From: Cyanophora paradoxa CCMP329
Lineage: Eukaryota > Plantae > Glaucophyta
Direction: 5' to 3'
Length of the DNA: 64,000 nt
Assembly: GCA_004431415.1 (NCBI GenBank)
Contig: QPMI01000408.1
Span: 434,001-498,000, forward strand
Shown here: positions 48,653-61,224 of the stretch, in pieces
How positions within the stretch are numbered: the stretch's first letter is position 1
Layout of the letters: the number at the start of each line of letters is the position of its first letter
Translations under genes and position numbers: made by a program
The notes under the pieces: model-generated
The model's input: only the letters and a program-made list of their open reading frames with translations
The model's database searches: none
Told to the model about the DNA's origin: nothing

Positions 48653-49711
48653 TAGCCCCGCGTCGCCCTCGCCCCGCAGCCGGCGCCGACGCCGGCGGCC
48701 GGACCGACGTCGCTGCGCATGCTGCGTCGCCGAGAGGGGCGATCCGCCGAGCCTCAGACCCACGCCGGCGCCGCATGCGGCCTCGTTGCTGCGCCCAGAA
48801 GAGCGAGCCGCCGAGTTTCAGAGCCGCGTTGTAGAGTAGGGCCCTTTATTTTGTAAAGAAGCTTAAGATGTGAAGCGCGCACATGCGCCGCCACTGCAGC
48901 TGCGTCGTCAGCTGCGCCACTGAGGAGAAACCCCGGCCTCGAGCTCCCGAGGCTGCGCATGCCTTTAGCTAGCTCGAGGAGAAGGGGCCCTTCCCCCTTC
49001 CTTTCCCTTTCACCCCTCTTTGCCCCCTTTCCCCCCTTCTTCTAGCTCGAGGAGCGGGCCACCCCCCGGGCCCCTTTCCCCCCTTCCCCCCCCCCCCTTC
49101 CCCCCCCCTGATCCCAGGGATACAGGTCGTCTGTTTGCAGCAGAGCTCGAGTGGCGGGCAGCAAGCGGCCGCGACCAGTGCGTACGCGTAGGAGTTGTCG
49201 CGGCGCGGCGCTGTGCCTTAGTACTACGGTACGGCAAAGTGCAGGTGCGGCGGGCGCCGCGGCGGGGACGGGCTTGCCTCTCCTGTCAATTGCAACGCGC
49301 GCGAACGCAACGCGCCCTGAAATCGAACGCAGATTATAAGGGAAGCAGAGCGGACACGATTTGCATTAGCACACAACCACAACTACTAGGAGTTTCACAT
49401 CGCCCAATTTATCTCTCCGACTAGATAACACTGAGGACCGTCGAGTGCTGTGCTCTGTCTAAATGGTAGGTTTGGTGCTGGGCTATCTGTATATCTAGCT
49501 ACACTGGAGGTCTGAAATAGGTTTGTAGCTAGCTTTAGCTATAGGTAGCTATTTATCTGTCGCTAGCGCTAAGTCTGATCTGCAGCTATTTTGATTTGTA
49601 TACTAGGGTCCCTGAAAGTGAAAAGGAAAGGAAAGTAGCTAGAAAAGGAAAGGAAAGTGAAAAGGAAAGGGAAGCAGAGCGACTTATTACCTGAATTTGT
49701 GGTGCAGCAGA

Positions 49712-52474
49712 ATGCAGGTGCGCGTGCAATTTGCGGCCGCGAATTCGTCATTAAAAAATTTCCGGACCGCGTGCGCGCCGCGCCGGCTTAGTATCGGACA
49801 GCGCGCCGTGTATCTTCTCAATGCTTTAAAATTTATTGCCTGCTGATCGCGAGGTGCGCGCGTAGGAAAGCCGAGAGGTCGAGCGCGCGGCGAAGCGAGC
49901 CCGCGCCGATCGCGAGCTGGAGACACTGGTACCTGCAGCCACGCCTCCGGATCCGCAAGCGGCAACAACGATATCGATCGATGCACTGCCCGATAAGATA
50001 ATGACCTCCTTATTCAAGGCGCAAGGTCTGCGGGAGAGCTGGCCCCTTCGCGGCGTGTGCAGGTTCGCATCGCTCAAGTTTTTCATTAACCGCCGGCGAC
50101 TCTAGATCTAGATCTAGCCGCTGAGCGCTCGATCGCGATCTAGATATATGCGCTTTGAATTAATTTTTAATTTATAACGTATAACTGATTTTAAGGACAC
50201 TGGACCGCAGGCGGTGGCGGCGGATGGTGCAGGAGATGGAGTGGCCGAGCTTCGAGCTTCAGATCGAGGGCGGAAAATCGACCGACTGGATTGCACCGGC
50301 TCCGGATCCGCGGCGGGCTGCCCCCAGCTCTTCGAATTCGTCCACGCTCCGCCGTGAAGACGTCTACGATTCGGTCTCAGCGCTCTTCGATCAGCGAAAG
50401 CTGCGGCTCAGTGCGGGGGCTAGTGTCGTCCTCAAGCCGGAGCTGGCGGCAGCCGTTCCAGCCTTCGGCGAGAAGGATCCGGAGAAGAACTTGGCTGCGG
50501 CGAAGCAGAGCCACCTGCGGACGGTAGCAGCGGCGTGCAGGCTCCTCGCAGCGATCGCCCGCAGCCACAGCGGCCCGTCGCAGCCCAGCGTCGCCGTCGA
50601 GCTCCGCGCAAAGGGCGCCAGCATTCAGATGCACAAAGTAAAGGGATACGTCGCCCTCACGAAAATCCTCGCGAGCGATTTCGCGTCCGAGTACCTCCTC
50701 GGAGCCCTGAGGGCGATCGCCGCGGGCCCGGGCGGCCGTAGCGACCTGGAGAGCCTCAGCGTCGGCCTCGTGGTCGAAACCGACCCGGAGCTCAAGCCCC
50801 CAAGGATGTTCGAGCCGCCGAAGGCCGCCGACCTGCGCGCCGCCCTCGCCCCCTTCGACAACCTGCGCTCCCTGGCCATCTCCTTCGGTTCTCTTGACGT
50901 GGGCATCACAGCAGAGACGGCGACGGCCATCGCCGGCGCCTGCCCGCTCCTCCGCGCCTTCAGATGCGGCCTCCATCGGCCCTCTGTCAACGCGGTCCTG
51001 GCGGCCCTCGCGCCCCTGGGGCGCCTTGAGGAGCTGTCACTGCCGATGGACGGCGGCGAGTACGCATGCGACATCTCCGACGGAGTGCTGGCGCTCGCGG
51101 AGGGCCCCGCCGGCAGGACCCTCCGCCGCATCGCGCTCGCTCGCGATCGCGATCGCGACGTCGCGACGTCGACGTCGACTTCGAAGTGCGTTCGGAAGCC
51201 TGCAGCTGATAAATTAATTACAAATGCTTCGTTATATATTTAGCTAGGAATTCGCTAGGAACTCGATATATTGATTGCGGCTCAATTTTCTGGCAGAAAC
51301 TCGAAGGGCCGCCGCGGGCGCGGGCGTGGGCGCCAGCAGAGTTTCCTGAATTCGTCCGACGAGGACGCATCGCGGCCCGTGTTCGAGCCCTCCGGCGCCG
51401 CCCTCCTCGGCCTCTGCCGCATGCCCAACCTCGAATCCGTCTACCCCCTCCGGGTGAGGCCCCGGAATCTGTTTTCATATCATCGATATCCGGATCCATG
51501 TCGGAATTCATGATCAGCCGTCGGAGTCTTCAATTTTCTTAAGATTCTACCTACTAGGCTAGATATCCTCCATGTCGCAATTTATCTGGCGACGTCAGAT
51601 CCGATCCGGAGTCTTTGAATTCAATGATTTAATTTCTTTAGATTTGAATTTGATCTTGACCATGAGCCCCTCCGCATTATATTTTTGCGCAGCTCGACGC
51701 TCGCGCCGTGGCCCCCGGGGACGTCCTGGCCCTTGGGGGCGCCGCGGGCCTGCGCGAGGTGCACCTCGCCCTCGACTTCGGGCGCTGCTTCGGGGCCGAC
51801 CGCGACCGCGCCCCGGGCCTCCTGCGCGCCCTCGGCGAGGCGCTCTCCTCCCTGCCCCGCCTGGAGCGGCTCAGGCTGGGGCTGGACGGTGGGCGAAATT
51901 TAATCGCAATGTTAATCTAGAAGATCTAGAAGACCTAGAATAATGCTGCTGAATGCGATGGGGGGCGCGGGCATGCGCAGGCGTCGGGCGCCACGTTCCC
52001 CCGGAGGGCGTCGCCACCCTCCTGGGGAGCCCCGGCGCGCGGCGCGCCCTGACGGACCTGCGCCTGGAGCTCGCCGACCGGCCGCTCTCCGGGGCTGAGG
52101 CGGCGGCGATCGCGGCGCTGCCCGCCCTCGAGGGGCTGCGCCTCCCCGTCGAGCCCAGCATGGAGCTCGGCTCCTGCCCCCCGCTCGAGCCCTTCCAGGT
52201 ACCGGTCCCTCTGATTTCACTGCATGCGCAGTGTTAAATACTTTTGTAATTTCGCGACGAGCGAACGCATCTGAACGGCGTCCTCGTTTGCCAGACGCTC
52301 GCCAGGATGCGCCCCGAGGTCGCGGCGAGCGTGTACCTGCACTGGGAGGAAGGGGACTGGGAGCTGGAGTCGAATGCGTCGGAGATCGCGGACGACCTGG
52401 AGCTCCACAGGGAGCTCAGGGCCGCCGTCCGCCGCATGTTCGCGGGGCGCCGCCCCGAGCGGCTCCGCTGGTGA
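49712..52474 (+). CDS. F-box / RNI-like LRR protein, multi-exon
   Basis: Spliced MQ|ESREVERAAKRAR..IDALPDKIMTSLFKAQGLRESWPLRGVCR|RWRRMV (F-box), followed by LRR-like units (NLRSLAI, CPLLRAF, RLEELSL, LPRLERLRL). Stop TGA at 52472-52474. Confidence 0.7.
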
Positions 52475-53101
52475 CGGCGGACCACTCATGATCAGTGACG
52501 CGACGACGTCAACGGATATCGATCTCTCGAATTCAAGCGCACGCGCAATGGTCTCATGCGCCTCATTGTATTCCGCTAAAATAAACGTGGTTCCTCTCTT
52601 CTTCGGTCTTTATTAATAACGAGTTGCAATTGGAAGCGCTGCGCCTGGTAGGCCGCTCCGAGTTTCTAGTATACGTATGCCATGCACATATATGGGGCAG
52701 CGACTGCACTGCGGAATGCGCAATGGCAGGGCAGCGAAGACACGAGGCGCACGCTGCCGCAGCCCGCGCCTGGCCGCCCGCCCTCGTACGCCGCACCCTA
52801 GCCTGGCCTAGGCTAGCCCAAGCCCCGCCCCCCCCCACCCCCCCCCCTCCTCGACCTCTCCGAGAACCAGATCGGCCCCGGCGGTCCGCACGCACCCCCG
52901 TCCCCAACCCTACCTCCCTTCCGCCCCTCCCCCCCCCCCCCGCCCCCCCCCTCCCCCCCACCCCCTCCCCTTCGCCCCCTTCGCCCCCCCCGTTCCCCCC
53001 CCCCCCCCCCGCCCCCCCCCCCCCCGTTCCCCCTCCCACCGGCGCCGCCGCTGTCCTCGGCCGTTCGCAGACCTCTCTTCAAGAGCGCCCCGGATCCGGA
53101 G

Positions 53102-54919
53102 CTACTCGGGGACGTAGTCCAGGAGGACGTTGCAGGCCGGCTCGAGGGCGCCCGCCGCCCCCAGCTCGCCCACGCCCGCCCCGGGCTCCAGGTGCTCGCC
53201 CCGTCCACCGCCGTCCCCGCGAAGAGCCGAAGTTTCTGCCCGGGCCCGCCATAAGGGCAGGAGGCAGGGAGGGGGGGGGGGGGGGGGGAGGGGGTGCGAG
53301 ATAGCCAGCTAGCTCAGGCGTGACTTCGGGGTGTGGCCCAGAGCGGGGTGGGGCTGGGCCCGCTGGGAGCTGGGCGGGATAGAAGGTAGAAGGGGCAGGC
53401 ATGTGAGGGAAGGAGGCAGGGGGGAGGGGGGGGGTCGGGGAGGGGCGGGGGGGGAGGGGGGAGAGGGGAGGGACAGGGGAGGGCGGGGCGAGATAGCCAG
53501 CTAGCCCAGGCGTGACTTCGGGGTGTGGCCCAGAGAGGGGTGGGGCTGGGCCCGCTTGGAGCTGGGCGGGATAGAAGGTAGAAGGGGCAGGCATGTGAGG
53601 GCAGGAGGCAGGGGGGGGGGGGGCGGGGAGGGGCGGGGGGGGGGAGGGGGGAGGGGGAGGGACAGTGGGGGGGGGGGCAAAATAGCCAGCTAGCTTAGGC
53701 TTGACTTCGGGATGATCCAGAGCGGGGTGGGAGCTTGGCAGGCTAGAAGAGCACAGCTGACCGGGGCGGAGATCTGGTTGTTGTTGTTCTGCGGGAGAAG
53801 AGAGGGGCGGCGGGGGTGGGGGTACGAAGGTCAGGGAGGGGCGTGCTGAGGACAAGGGGGTGCGCGAACAGCGAGCTTGAGCATCTCCGCGAGCGCATCG
53901 ACCACCTTGCCGATCTTCCACGCCCGCGAGACGTATACCCCCTGGAAAGTACAGGGTCGGACCAGGAGGGGGTACAGGAGAGCGCGGGGCACCTTTGGGT
54001 GCTTGCTGTACCCCGCGACGCCCCCGTCCTTCGCCTCCCCTTTGCTCGCCGCATCGGGGTAGTAAACCTCGCTGCGGGGGGTACGAGGGTCATGGGGGTG
54101 GGGAAGAAGTTCGAGGTGCAAAATCTGGGGTTGGCGGTGGGGTGGCTTACAGGTAGAAGCGCTCCTCGGGGGGCACGGAGCCCAGGGGCACCGCGAACGA
54201 CTTTAACCTCATGAGAGCCACTTTGGCAGCCGTCGGGTTCTGCGGTTGGGGGGGCGGGCGGGCGAGATGGGGCGTGAGGGCCCCCGGCGCAAGGGATCGC
54301 GCGCTAGCTATAGGGGGCGAGGCGAGGGGCGAGGGGTACCGTCGACTTGGCCCTGCTGAGCTTGGCCAGCGCCTCCGCAACGAGCTTCTTCTCCTTCGGG
54401 AGCTGCCTCCGCGCCCGCGGCGCCGCCCTCGCGGGGCACGCGTGGTCCTCCGGGTGTCTGTGCTTCTGCGGGAGCGGAGCTAAGCGACGCGTGGCACATC
54501 TCTGCGCGATCGCCGCACCAGGCAGAGCGCTGCGGATGCCGCAATGCGTGGGCGAGGCGTGCGCCGTCAGGCGGGGCCGCCGCGCCTTCAAGCGGCCGCG
54601 TACGCGCACCTTGCTTGCAGCCACCGCAGACGACGCCCCCGATGAGCTTCTCTGCGCACTGCTGCACGGCGCAGCCCGTCCTGTAGATCGCCTGCGAGGG
54701 TTCGGAACTCGTGTGCCCCACGGCGACGCAGTCGTGGCCGGCCCCGTCCCCCGCGATGTCCCTGGGGTGCCGGCACGGCCCGCAGAAAGCTGCGAGAGTC
54801 AGCGCTCCCGCGCGCGGGGCGCGCGGCTGCCGCTCACCTTTGCTGCAGCGCGTGCAGACGGCCGGGAGGAAATCAGTCGAAGCGCACTGGGCGCACACCC
54901 TTCCGATCTCCAGCTCCAT
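53102..54919 (-). CDS. ZFAND1: AN1-type zinc finger protein (ZFAND1/Cuz1-like), multi-exon
   Basis: MELEIGRVC..C...DFLP..C..C...FC, a second AN1 finger with HRHPEDHAC, KVALMRLKSFAV, VPPEERFYL, WKIGKVVD, NNNN..KLRLF (UBL-like tail). The last exon has an apparent 1-nt frame error. Confidence 0.8.
53299..53735. repeat. Intronic tandem repeat, ~190-bp unit, 2.3 copies
   Basis: atagccagctagc..aggc.tgacttcggg near 53301, 53493 and 53682. Confidence 0.8.
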
Positions 54920-55040
54920 CGCTATGAGGTGAGCAGCTTGAAGTTCAAGACTTCAAGTGGCGGTCCGGGTACGAAAACCAACAGGCGTCGGCTTGGCAAA
55001 CGCGTAGGGCAGCTTGCGGCGCGCAGGACAGCGCAGCACG
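54920..55040. promoter_or_regulatory. Probable bidirectional promoter between ZFAND1 and TVP23
   Basis: Divergent start codons about 120 bp apart. Positional inference only. Confidence 0.5.
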
Positions 55041-55928
55041 ATGTCGGCGCAGCCCAGCGGTAACATGGCTCCGGCCGCGGCCGCGCAGCCGGCGGCGCCG
55101 TCGAAGTACAAGTACACGGGCAGCCACCCCATCGCGGCGACATTCCACGTGCTCTTCAAGGCCTCTGCGCTGTTCATGTACATGTTCTCCTCCCTCTTCA
55201 CCGACAGCTTTGTAACCAACTTTGTTATCATCACCCTTCTTCTCGCGTTCGACTTCTGGACAGTAAAGGTTCGCGCACCACCGTGCATTGTCGGAGAAGC
55301 GCTTAGCTTGCCCCTACGGACCGAAGCCATATGAAGCGCTCGCGCCGTCTGACCGCCCGCCCCCGCGCTCGCCCGCCGGCGCCGCCCACCGCGCGGCCTG
55401 GCTGCAGGCGGGTGAATGCACAAGCGCTCTGACCGTTCGACCGCGCAGAACGTCACGGGCCGCTTGTTAGTCGGCCTGAGGTGGTGGAACGAGGTCAAGG
55501 AAGACGGCAGCAACGAGTGGATCTTCGAGTCGGCAGGGGTGCGCTCGGCGCCAGCTAGCATCCGTTTCCATCTTATAGCTCTCCGATGCCCACAGGAAAC
55601 GAAGACGATCAGCTCGTCGGACAAGACCATCTTCTGGGGCGCCCTCCTCATCGCCCCCGGCCTCTGGGGCCTGTTCGCCTTCACGTGCCTGTTTACATTC
55701 AAGTTCCAATGGCTCACTGTGGTCATCCTGGCGCTCGTCCTGAACTGCGCCAATGTCGTCGGCTATGTGAAGTGCAACAAAGGTCCGTTCTCCTTTTCTT
55801 CTCTTTCCCCGAAACGAGTCCTCTGTTACGTTGACTGACTACTCTCTGCAGACGCGAAGAAGAAGGTCCAGCAAGGTCTGGCGACCGCGTCTCTCACAGC
55901 GCTAACAGGATGGTTCTCGCGTTCGTAG
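55041..55928 (+). CDS. TVP23: Golgi membrane protein TVP23/ECHIDNA (DUF846), 4 exons
   Basis: HP...FH..FK, LLLAFDFWTVK|NVTGRLLVGLRWWNEVKEDGSNEWIFES, FW..L, ANVVGYVKC. Confidence 0.92.
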
Positions 55929-56335
55929 CTGTAGGTAGAAACCGCCCCTCCATTCGCGTTCCTCTTCCTTCCTTTCCTCCTGCACTATATTTTTGTCGAT
56001 CAGCAGCCCTTTGAATATTCTCGTCGATCCGAATTCGAAGCCCTTCGCACGCCGTGCCGCCCACACATCGGCCTTAAGCTTACAGCATCTAGCGCAGCCA
56101 GCATGGACGGGAATTGTCAGTGCGCGGCCTGGCCGTGCGCGCTGAACTGGAGAACGCCGAGTCGTGCTGCACTGTGCGGCTGCTATCTGGTTGACATAGA
56201 ACTCCCGTGCCACAGAGCGCCACGGCGTGCGAGGCCGGCACATGCATGCTCCCCGTGGACAGTTCAAGGACCGCACACTGGTACGCACGAAGACCCTAGT
56301 TACTAGTTTATTGCTACAAAGGACATTCAAGCTTT

Positions 56336-56644
56336 TCACTTGAACTTGCTCGAGAAGCCCGAGCCAGCGCTGCCCATCTGAGCGGTTGAAAATAAGTGAC
56401 GCACGGCGGATGCGCGGAACGAGAGCAGAAGAGCGAACCTTCTGGGCCTGGCCGGCGGTCTGGGCGGCCTTCTCCTTCGCCTTGGCGAGGACGATCTCGC
56501 GGATGCAGTCGATGTCAAGGAGGAACGCGAAGCAGCCCATCTGGGACTTCGCCGCCTTGATGAGCGCCTCCTCGGCCGCCTTCTCTGTAAACCGAAGACG
56601 TCAGACCGCGAGCGCGAAAGCTGGGTTGAGCTGGCGACACCCAT
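56336..56644 (-). CDS. Small hypothetical protein (~63 aa, 3 exons)
   Basis: ATG G|gt..ag|AG splicing gives MEKAAEEALIKAAKSQMGCFAFLLDIDCIREIVLAKAKEKAAQTAGQAQK|MGSAGSGFSSKFK*. Strong GC3 codon bias. Confidence 0.6.
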   Translation of the reverse strand: MGVASSTQLSRSRSDVFGLQRRRPRRRSSRRRSPRWAASRSSLTSTASARSSSPRRRRRPPRPPARPRRFALLLSFRASAVRHLFSTAQMGSAGSGFSSKFK

Positions 56645-57273
56645 CCCTTCACTACTTCGTTTAGCGTCGAACCACACGGGGCACGCCTCGAGGCGATCAT
56701 AGATAGCTTTCTAGATCGACGATTCCATCGAAGCTAGGCGTCACAAGCATGACGCTGCCGGACAAGCATGCGGGGTGGTCGGGGCCGTTGGGCCGTTAGA
56801 GTGCAATGCGGTCCGGAGGACGGAACTCACAGCCACGCATCTTAGGTGATTATTCTCTTTCGAAGTAGCGCAGCTCGCGGAGAATCCGGAAATGTCGAAA
56901 AGCCTCGAAAGCCCGGTTTTAGGTTCGGGGAAATGCTATCGGCCGGCCCGGGTCCCACGATGGAGAAAACGCACCAGCCGCGGACTGGATCTTGCCCTGG
57001 GCCGCGCCCATGGCCGCACCGCCCGCCGCGCCGCCGATGTTGGGACGGTTGAACATGGCTGTGAACTGGGCGGGCCGGAATCGCGTCAGCGCGAGTGACA
57101 AAGTGTCCGAGAGGGTCGAGCGAACGTCAGAACGCACGTTCTCGGAAAAGTACGAGTCTGCGAAGGGGGTACAAACGCTCGTCGCCGGAAAGCGACGTAC
57201 CCGCTCGAGCCGTTGTCGATCCGAGAGAGCCAGCAGCGGCAGCCTCAGAGGCTCCACCGGCCACTTCTGGATC

Positions 57274-58592
57274 ATGCCCGGGCTTCCAATTATCGAGCTT
57301 GGTGACCCGATTCCCAAGTTGGTCGCGCACAAGGAGTTCGAGCCAGATTCCGTGGAGGATGGCCAGCTGACACCTAGAGAGAGGCACGGACTACACGGGC
57401 AGCTCCAGGTGCGCCGCGCAGCACTCGCTCGGAGCTCGGAGGCGCCAGGGGTCCGATTCGGCGACCTGACGAGCGCGCGCGCACGCCAGATTCAGCTCTT
57501 TTCCGGAAAGGGCTTCGAGGGCACGAACAGTGAGCACCCCCCCCGCGCGCATGAGACGCGAATCGGCCACGCGGCGCTAGTAGTCCCTCGTGCCCGGTAC
57601 CGGGCCTGCCGGCTCTCGCGCGCATGCGTACGCTCCCTCCCTCCCACACATTCGGCTTCCGCAGATGCAGTCGTGCTGTTCAGCGTCGGAGAGGAGCAGG
57701 CGGAGACGCCTTACACGCGGCGGGACCCTCACACCGGGCTCTTCTCCTTCAACCAGGAGCACGCGTTTGAGATTGAGCCTTTCTCGTACCCGAAGATATT
57801 TATCAAGGTTTACGACAGTGACAGGAGGAAACGCATCGGTTCGCTGCCGCGCCGCCTCGCTGATTCTCGAAATTGATCCGCTGATCACATCGCACACATT
57901 GCAGGAGCGATCAAGATGGGATACGTGCGGATGGCGGCGCGAAGCCCGCCGGAATCGGAGCTGTGGGTGAGCGTCGCCACGCCGGCTTCGCGGCGCCGCG
58001 AGGCGGGCGACTCGGCGGGCCCCGTCTCCGGAGATCTCCACGTCCGCGTCCGCTTCCTCCACTCCCGTGCGCGCGCGTACCCCGCCCGAGATCCGATTCG
58101 CGTACCCCCGTCGCCCTCCGACCCGGCCCTGCAGCGGACTCGGAGGGGTTCGTCGCCTCTTCGCCCCAGTTCGCCACGCCGCCCCCGGGGTCCCCGGCGC
58201 TCTCGCAGCTGCGGTCGCGGCGGCCGGCGGGAGGGCGACCCCCCGGACGCGGGCCCCTCCTCTCGACCCCCTCAAAGGAATGGGGCTCCCCGGCGGCCCC
58301 GACCACGCGATCCTTCACCGACCGGCGCGCCTCCGCCTCCGCCTCCAACGGCGGCGGCTGGCTGGCGCGCATCGGGCTGAAGTGCATACCCGACTCCTGG
58401 AGCTGCTGGGAGGATCAGTGCGTCTTCTGGGAGAAGCGGCGGGCGGGCGGGGAGTACGCGAATCCGACGCCGCTCCCCGCCATCACCGTCTCCCCGACGG
58501 GTACCCCCCGCTCCGTCTCCCTCGGCTCGGCGCCCTCCTTCTCCTCGTCCGCCCCCCTCGTCACCCGCACCGGAAACCGGATCGTCCTCTGA
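57274..58592 (+). CDS. C2-domain-like protein, paralog 1
   Basis: GQLQ|IQLFSGKGF..DAVVLFSVGEEQAET..FNQEHAFEI..IKVYDSD..IG..LWV..GDLHVRVRF fits a C2 beta-sandwich pattern. Confidence 0.6.
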
Positions 58593-59359
58593 CCGCGCGC
58601 CCCCGAACTCCAGCTTGCCCAGATAGCGCGCTCAAGCGCGCCGCGCAGCGAACCTCGACTCATGCCCAGGGCTCAATCCAGCACTGGTGTACGATCGATA
58701 TGCTAGCTATAGCTATTCGATAGAGATTTCATTATACTTCTGTTCGCAGATATTGCATTATTCCATCGGCGCCACGGCCGCGGGCCGCGCCCGATGCATA
58801 TGCTTTGTTAGTTTGTAATATTTATTGTGCAGACGTCGACTTTGCGCACGCGCATGCAGTTGAGATGTGTCGACGTCCGGCATGCGCATGCCATGATGTC
58901 GACGCGGAAACGCGCGCGCGCGTACGCAGCGCTTGGCCGCGCCGGGCGCCTGCAGCTGCAGCTGTGCGCACGTGCACCATGATTATGATTGGATCAGCGC
59001 TAGCGCTAGCTAGATCTGCGCATATGCATGCGCATGCGCATGCCGCGGCCGCGGCCGGCCGCGGGCGCCTGCGCACGCAGCAGCTGCCGCAGTGCGCCTC
59101 AGGGCCTCGCGCGCGCTCCGGCGCGGACCGCGCCGGCGCCTTCAAGGCTTAAGCTTGCGCATGCATGCATATGCAATTGACGGCGAGGGAGTGGCGGCCC
59201 CGGCCCGGCGGCGGACTCGGGAGCGTTGGAACGTTGGGGGGTACGTCCACTCTAGCAAGTTGATAGCTAGAGACGTTATCGATCGGTGACGCAGCAGACA
59301 CACCAGCGAGCACATATAAACAGAACCAGCGCGCGGGAACAGCGTGGCTGCTAGGGCGC

Positions 59360-61224
59360 ATGCCGGCGCATGCCGGCGCCGGCTACGAACACATCCAGCA
59401 CAAGGAGTTCGCGCTCGATTTCTCGCAGGATGGTCAGCTGACGCCCAGAGAGAGGCACGGGCTTCACGGGCAGCTCCAGGTGCGCCCTGCGGGCTCGGCG
59501 GTCGGGTCCGCGACGAGTCTCGAGAGTTCACTGCAGCTCGGCGCTTGGCAGGTCGAGCTTTTCTCGGGCAAGGGATTCGAAGGCACGAAACGTGAGCACA
59601 TGCCTCGCAGAATCACTAGCAGCCGCGCTGCGCCCAGCCGCTCAGCTGTAGCTAACTTAGTATACGTAGTAACTAGTACTCAAGCTAACGCCGGGCCCGC
59701 AACCTGCCTTGCAACCCTTCCATGCACAGCCAACCCTTTCTCCGAGGCACTCATTCGGCTTCCGCAGATGCAGTCGTGCTGTTCAGCGTCGGGGAAGACC
59801 TGGCGGAGACTCCCGTCGCGCGGCGGGACCCTCGCACCGGGCTCTTCGAATTCTCCTTCAACCAGGAGCACGCTTTCGAGATTGAGCCCTTCTCGTACCC
59901 GAAAATACTGCTCAAGGTGTACGACTGCGACAACAGCAAGCGAGTCGGTGCGCCGCCGCGCCGCGGCTTTGGATTATGGAATTTGATCCGCTCGCGGCGC
60001 CGCGTCGCAGGGGCGATTAAGATGAGCTATAACGGGATGGCGGTGCGAAGCCCGCCGGAATCGGAGGTGTGGGTGAGCGTCGCTACGCCGGCTGCGCGGC
60101 GCCACGAGGTGGGCCCCGTCTCCGGAGAGCTCCACGTCCGCGTCCGCTTCGCCCACCACCGTGCGTGTACCCCCGCTCGAGCCTCGCGTACCCCCGCCGC
60201 CATCCGACCCGGCCGTGCAGCGGACTCGAGCGGATTCGTACCCTATGCGCCCCAGTTCAGCATGCGCACGCCGGCCCCCGCGCCCCGCGGGCCGGCCCCC
60301 GCGTCCCTGCGGTGGCGGCGCTCGAGCTCGGGAGGCCCAGGGGCACGGGAGCCCCTCCTCACGAGCCCCACCCGCGGCCGGGATCCCTTTCCCGCGAGTC
60401 CTTCGCCCGGCCGCGATCCCTTTCCTTCGAGCTCGAGCACTCCGACCGTTCGCGGTCTCTTCCCTTCAAGCCCCCCACCCGGCCGCGACCCCTTCCCCTC
60501 GAGCCCCACGCCCAGCCGCGAGCCCCTTCTCGCGAGCCCCACGCCCAGCCGCGAGCCCCTTCTCGCGAGCCCCACGCCCAGCCGCGGCCGCGACCGCGAG
60601 GCCCTCTCCACAAGCCCACCGGTACCTTCGCCCGGCCATGGCCACGAGGGCCCCCCCATGGCCACGAGCCCCGCGCCCGATCCCCGTCCCCAAGGGCCTC
60701 TCTTTGCGGGCCCCGCGCCGGCGCCGCCCTTCGCGATATCGATCCCCGCGAAGGAGCGGGGCGCCCCGGCGCCGGCGCCCGCGGCACCGGCTCCGGAGCA
60801 GTGGGGCCCCCGGAGCCTCCCTGTAGCTATAGCGCCGGAGCAGGGCCCTCCACTCGCGAAGCAGTGGGGCCCCCCGGAGGCCGCGGCCCCGGGTGCACGA
60901 TCCGTCGCCGCCCGCCGCGCCGCCGCCGCCGCCTCCAGGGGCGGCGGCGGGTTGGCGGCGTGCTTCACGCTCAGCTGCAAGGTGCCCGACTCCTGGACCT
61001 GCTGGCACTACTTCTGGCAGACGGGGCAGGCGGCCCCGGGCGGCCCGGCCCGTCCGCCGAGCCCGCTGGCTCCGAGCCCACGCCCCTACCCCCCTCCGGA
61101 CCCCCCACGGGCTCCCCTACCCCGCGCTCGGACTCCGGCTCCCTCGGCTCTGTCCCCTCCTTCTCCTCGTGCGCGTACCCCGCCATCGAGCCCCCCACCC
61201 TCGCCCTTTCCTTTGTTTTCGTGA
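59360..61224 (+). CDS. C2-domain-like protein, paralog 2 with an expanded Pro-rich tail
   Basis: Same exon structure as 57274-58592 (HKEF..DGQLTPRERHGLHGQLQ..., PDSW.CW). Repeats REPLLASPTPS / RDPFPSSP. Start uncertain. Confidence 0.6.

Noticed and set aside
40660-54919. Ubiquitin/immunity gene cluster (RBR, F-box, ZFAND1 near TIR)
   Set aside because: These families are common and interspersed with unrelated genes; no evidence of functional linkage.
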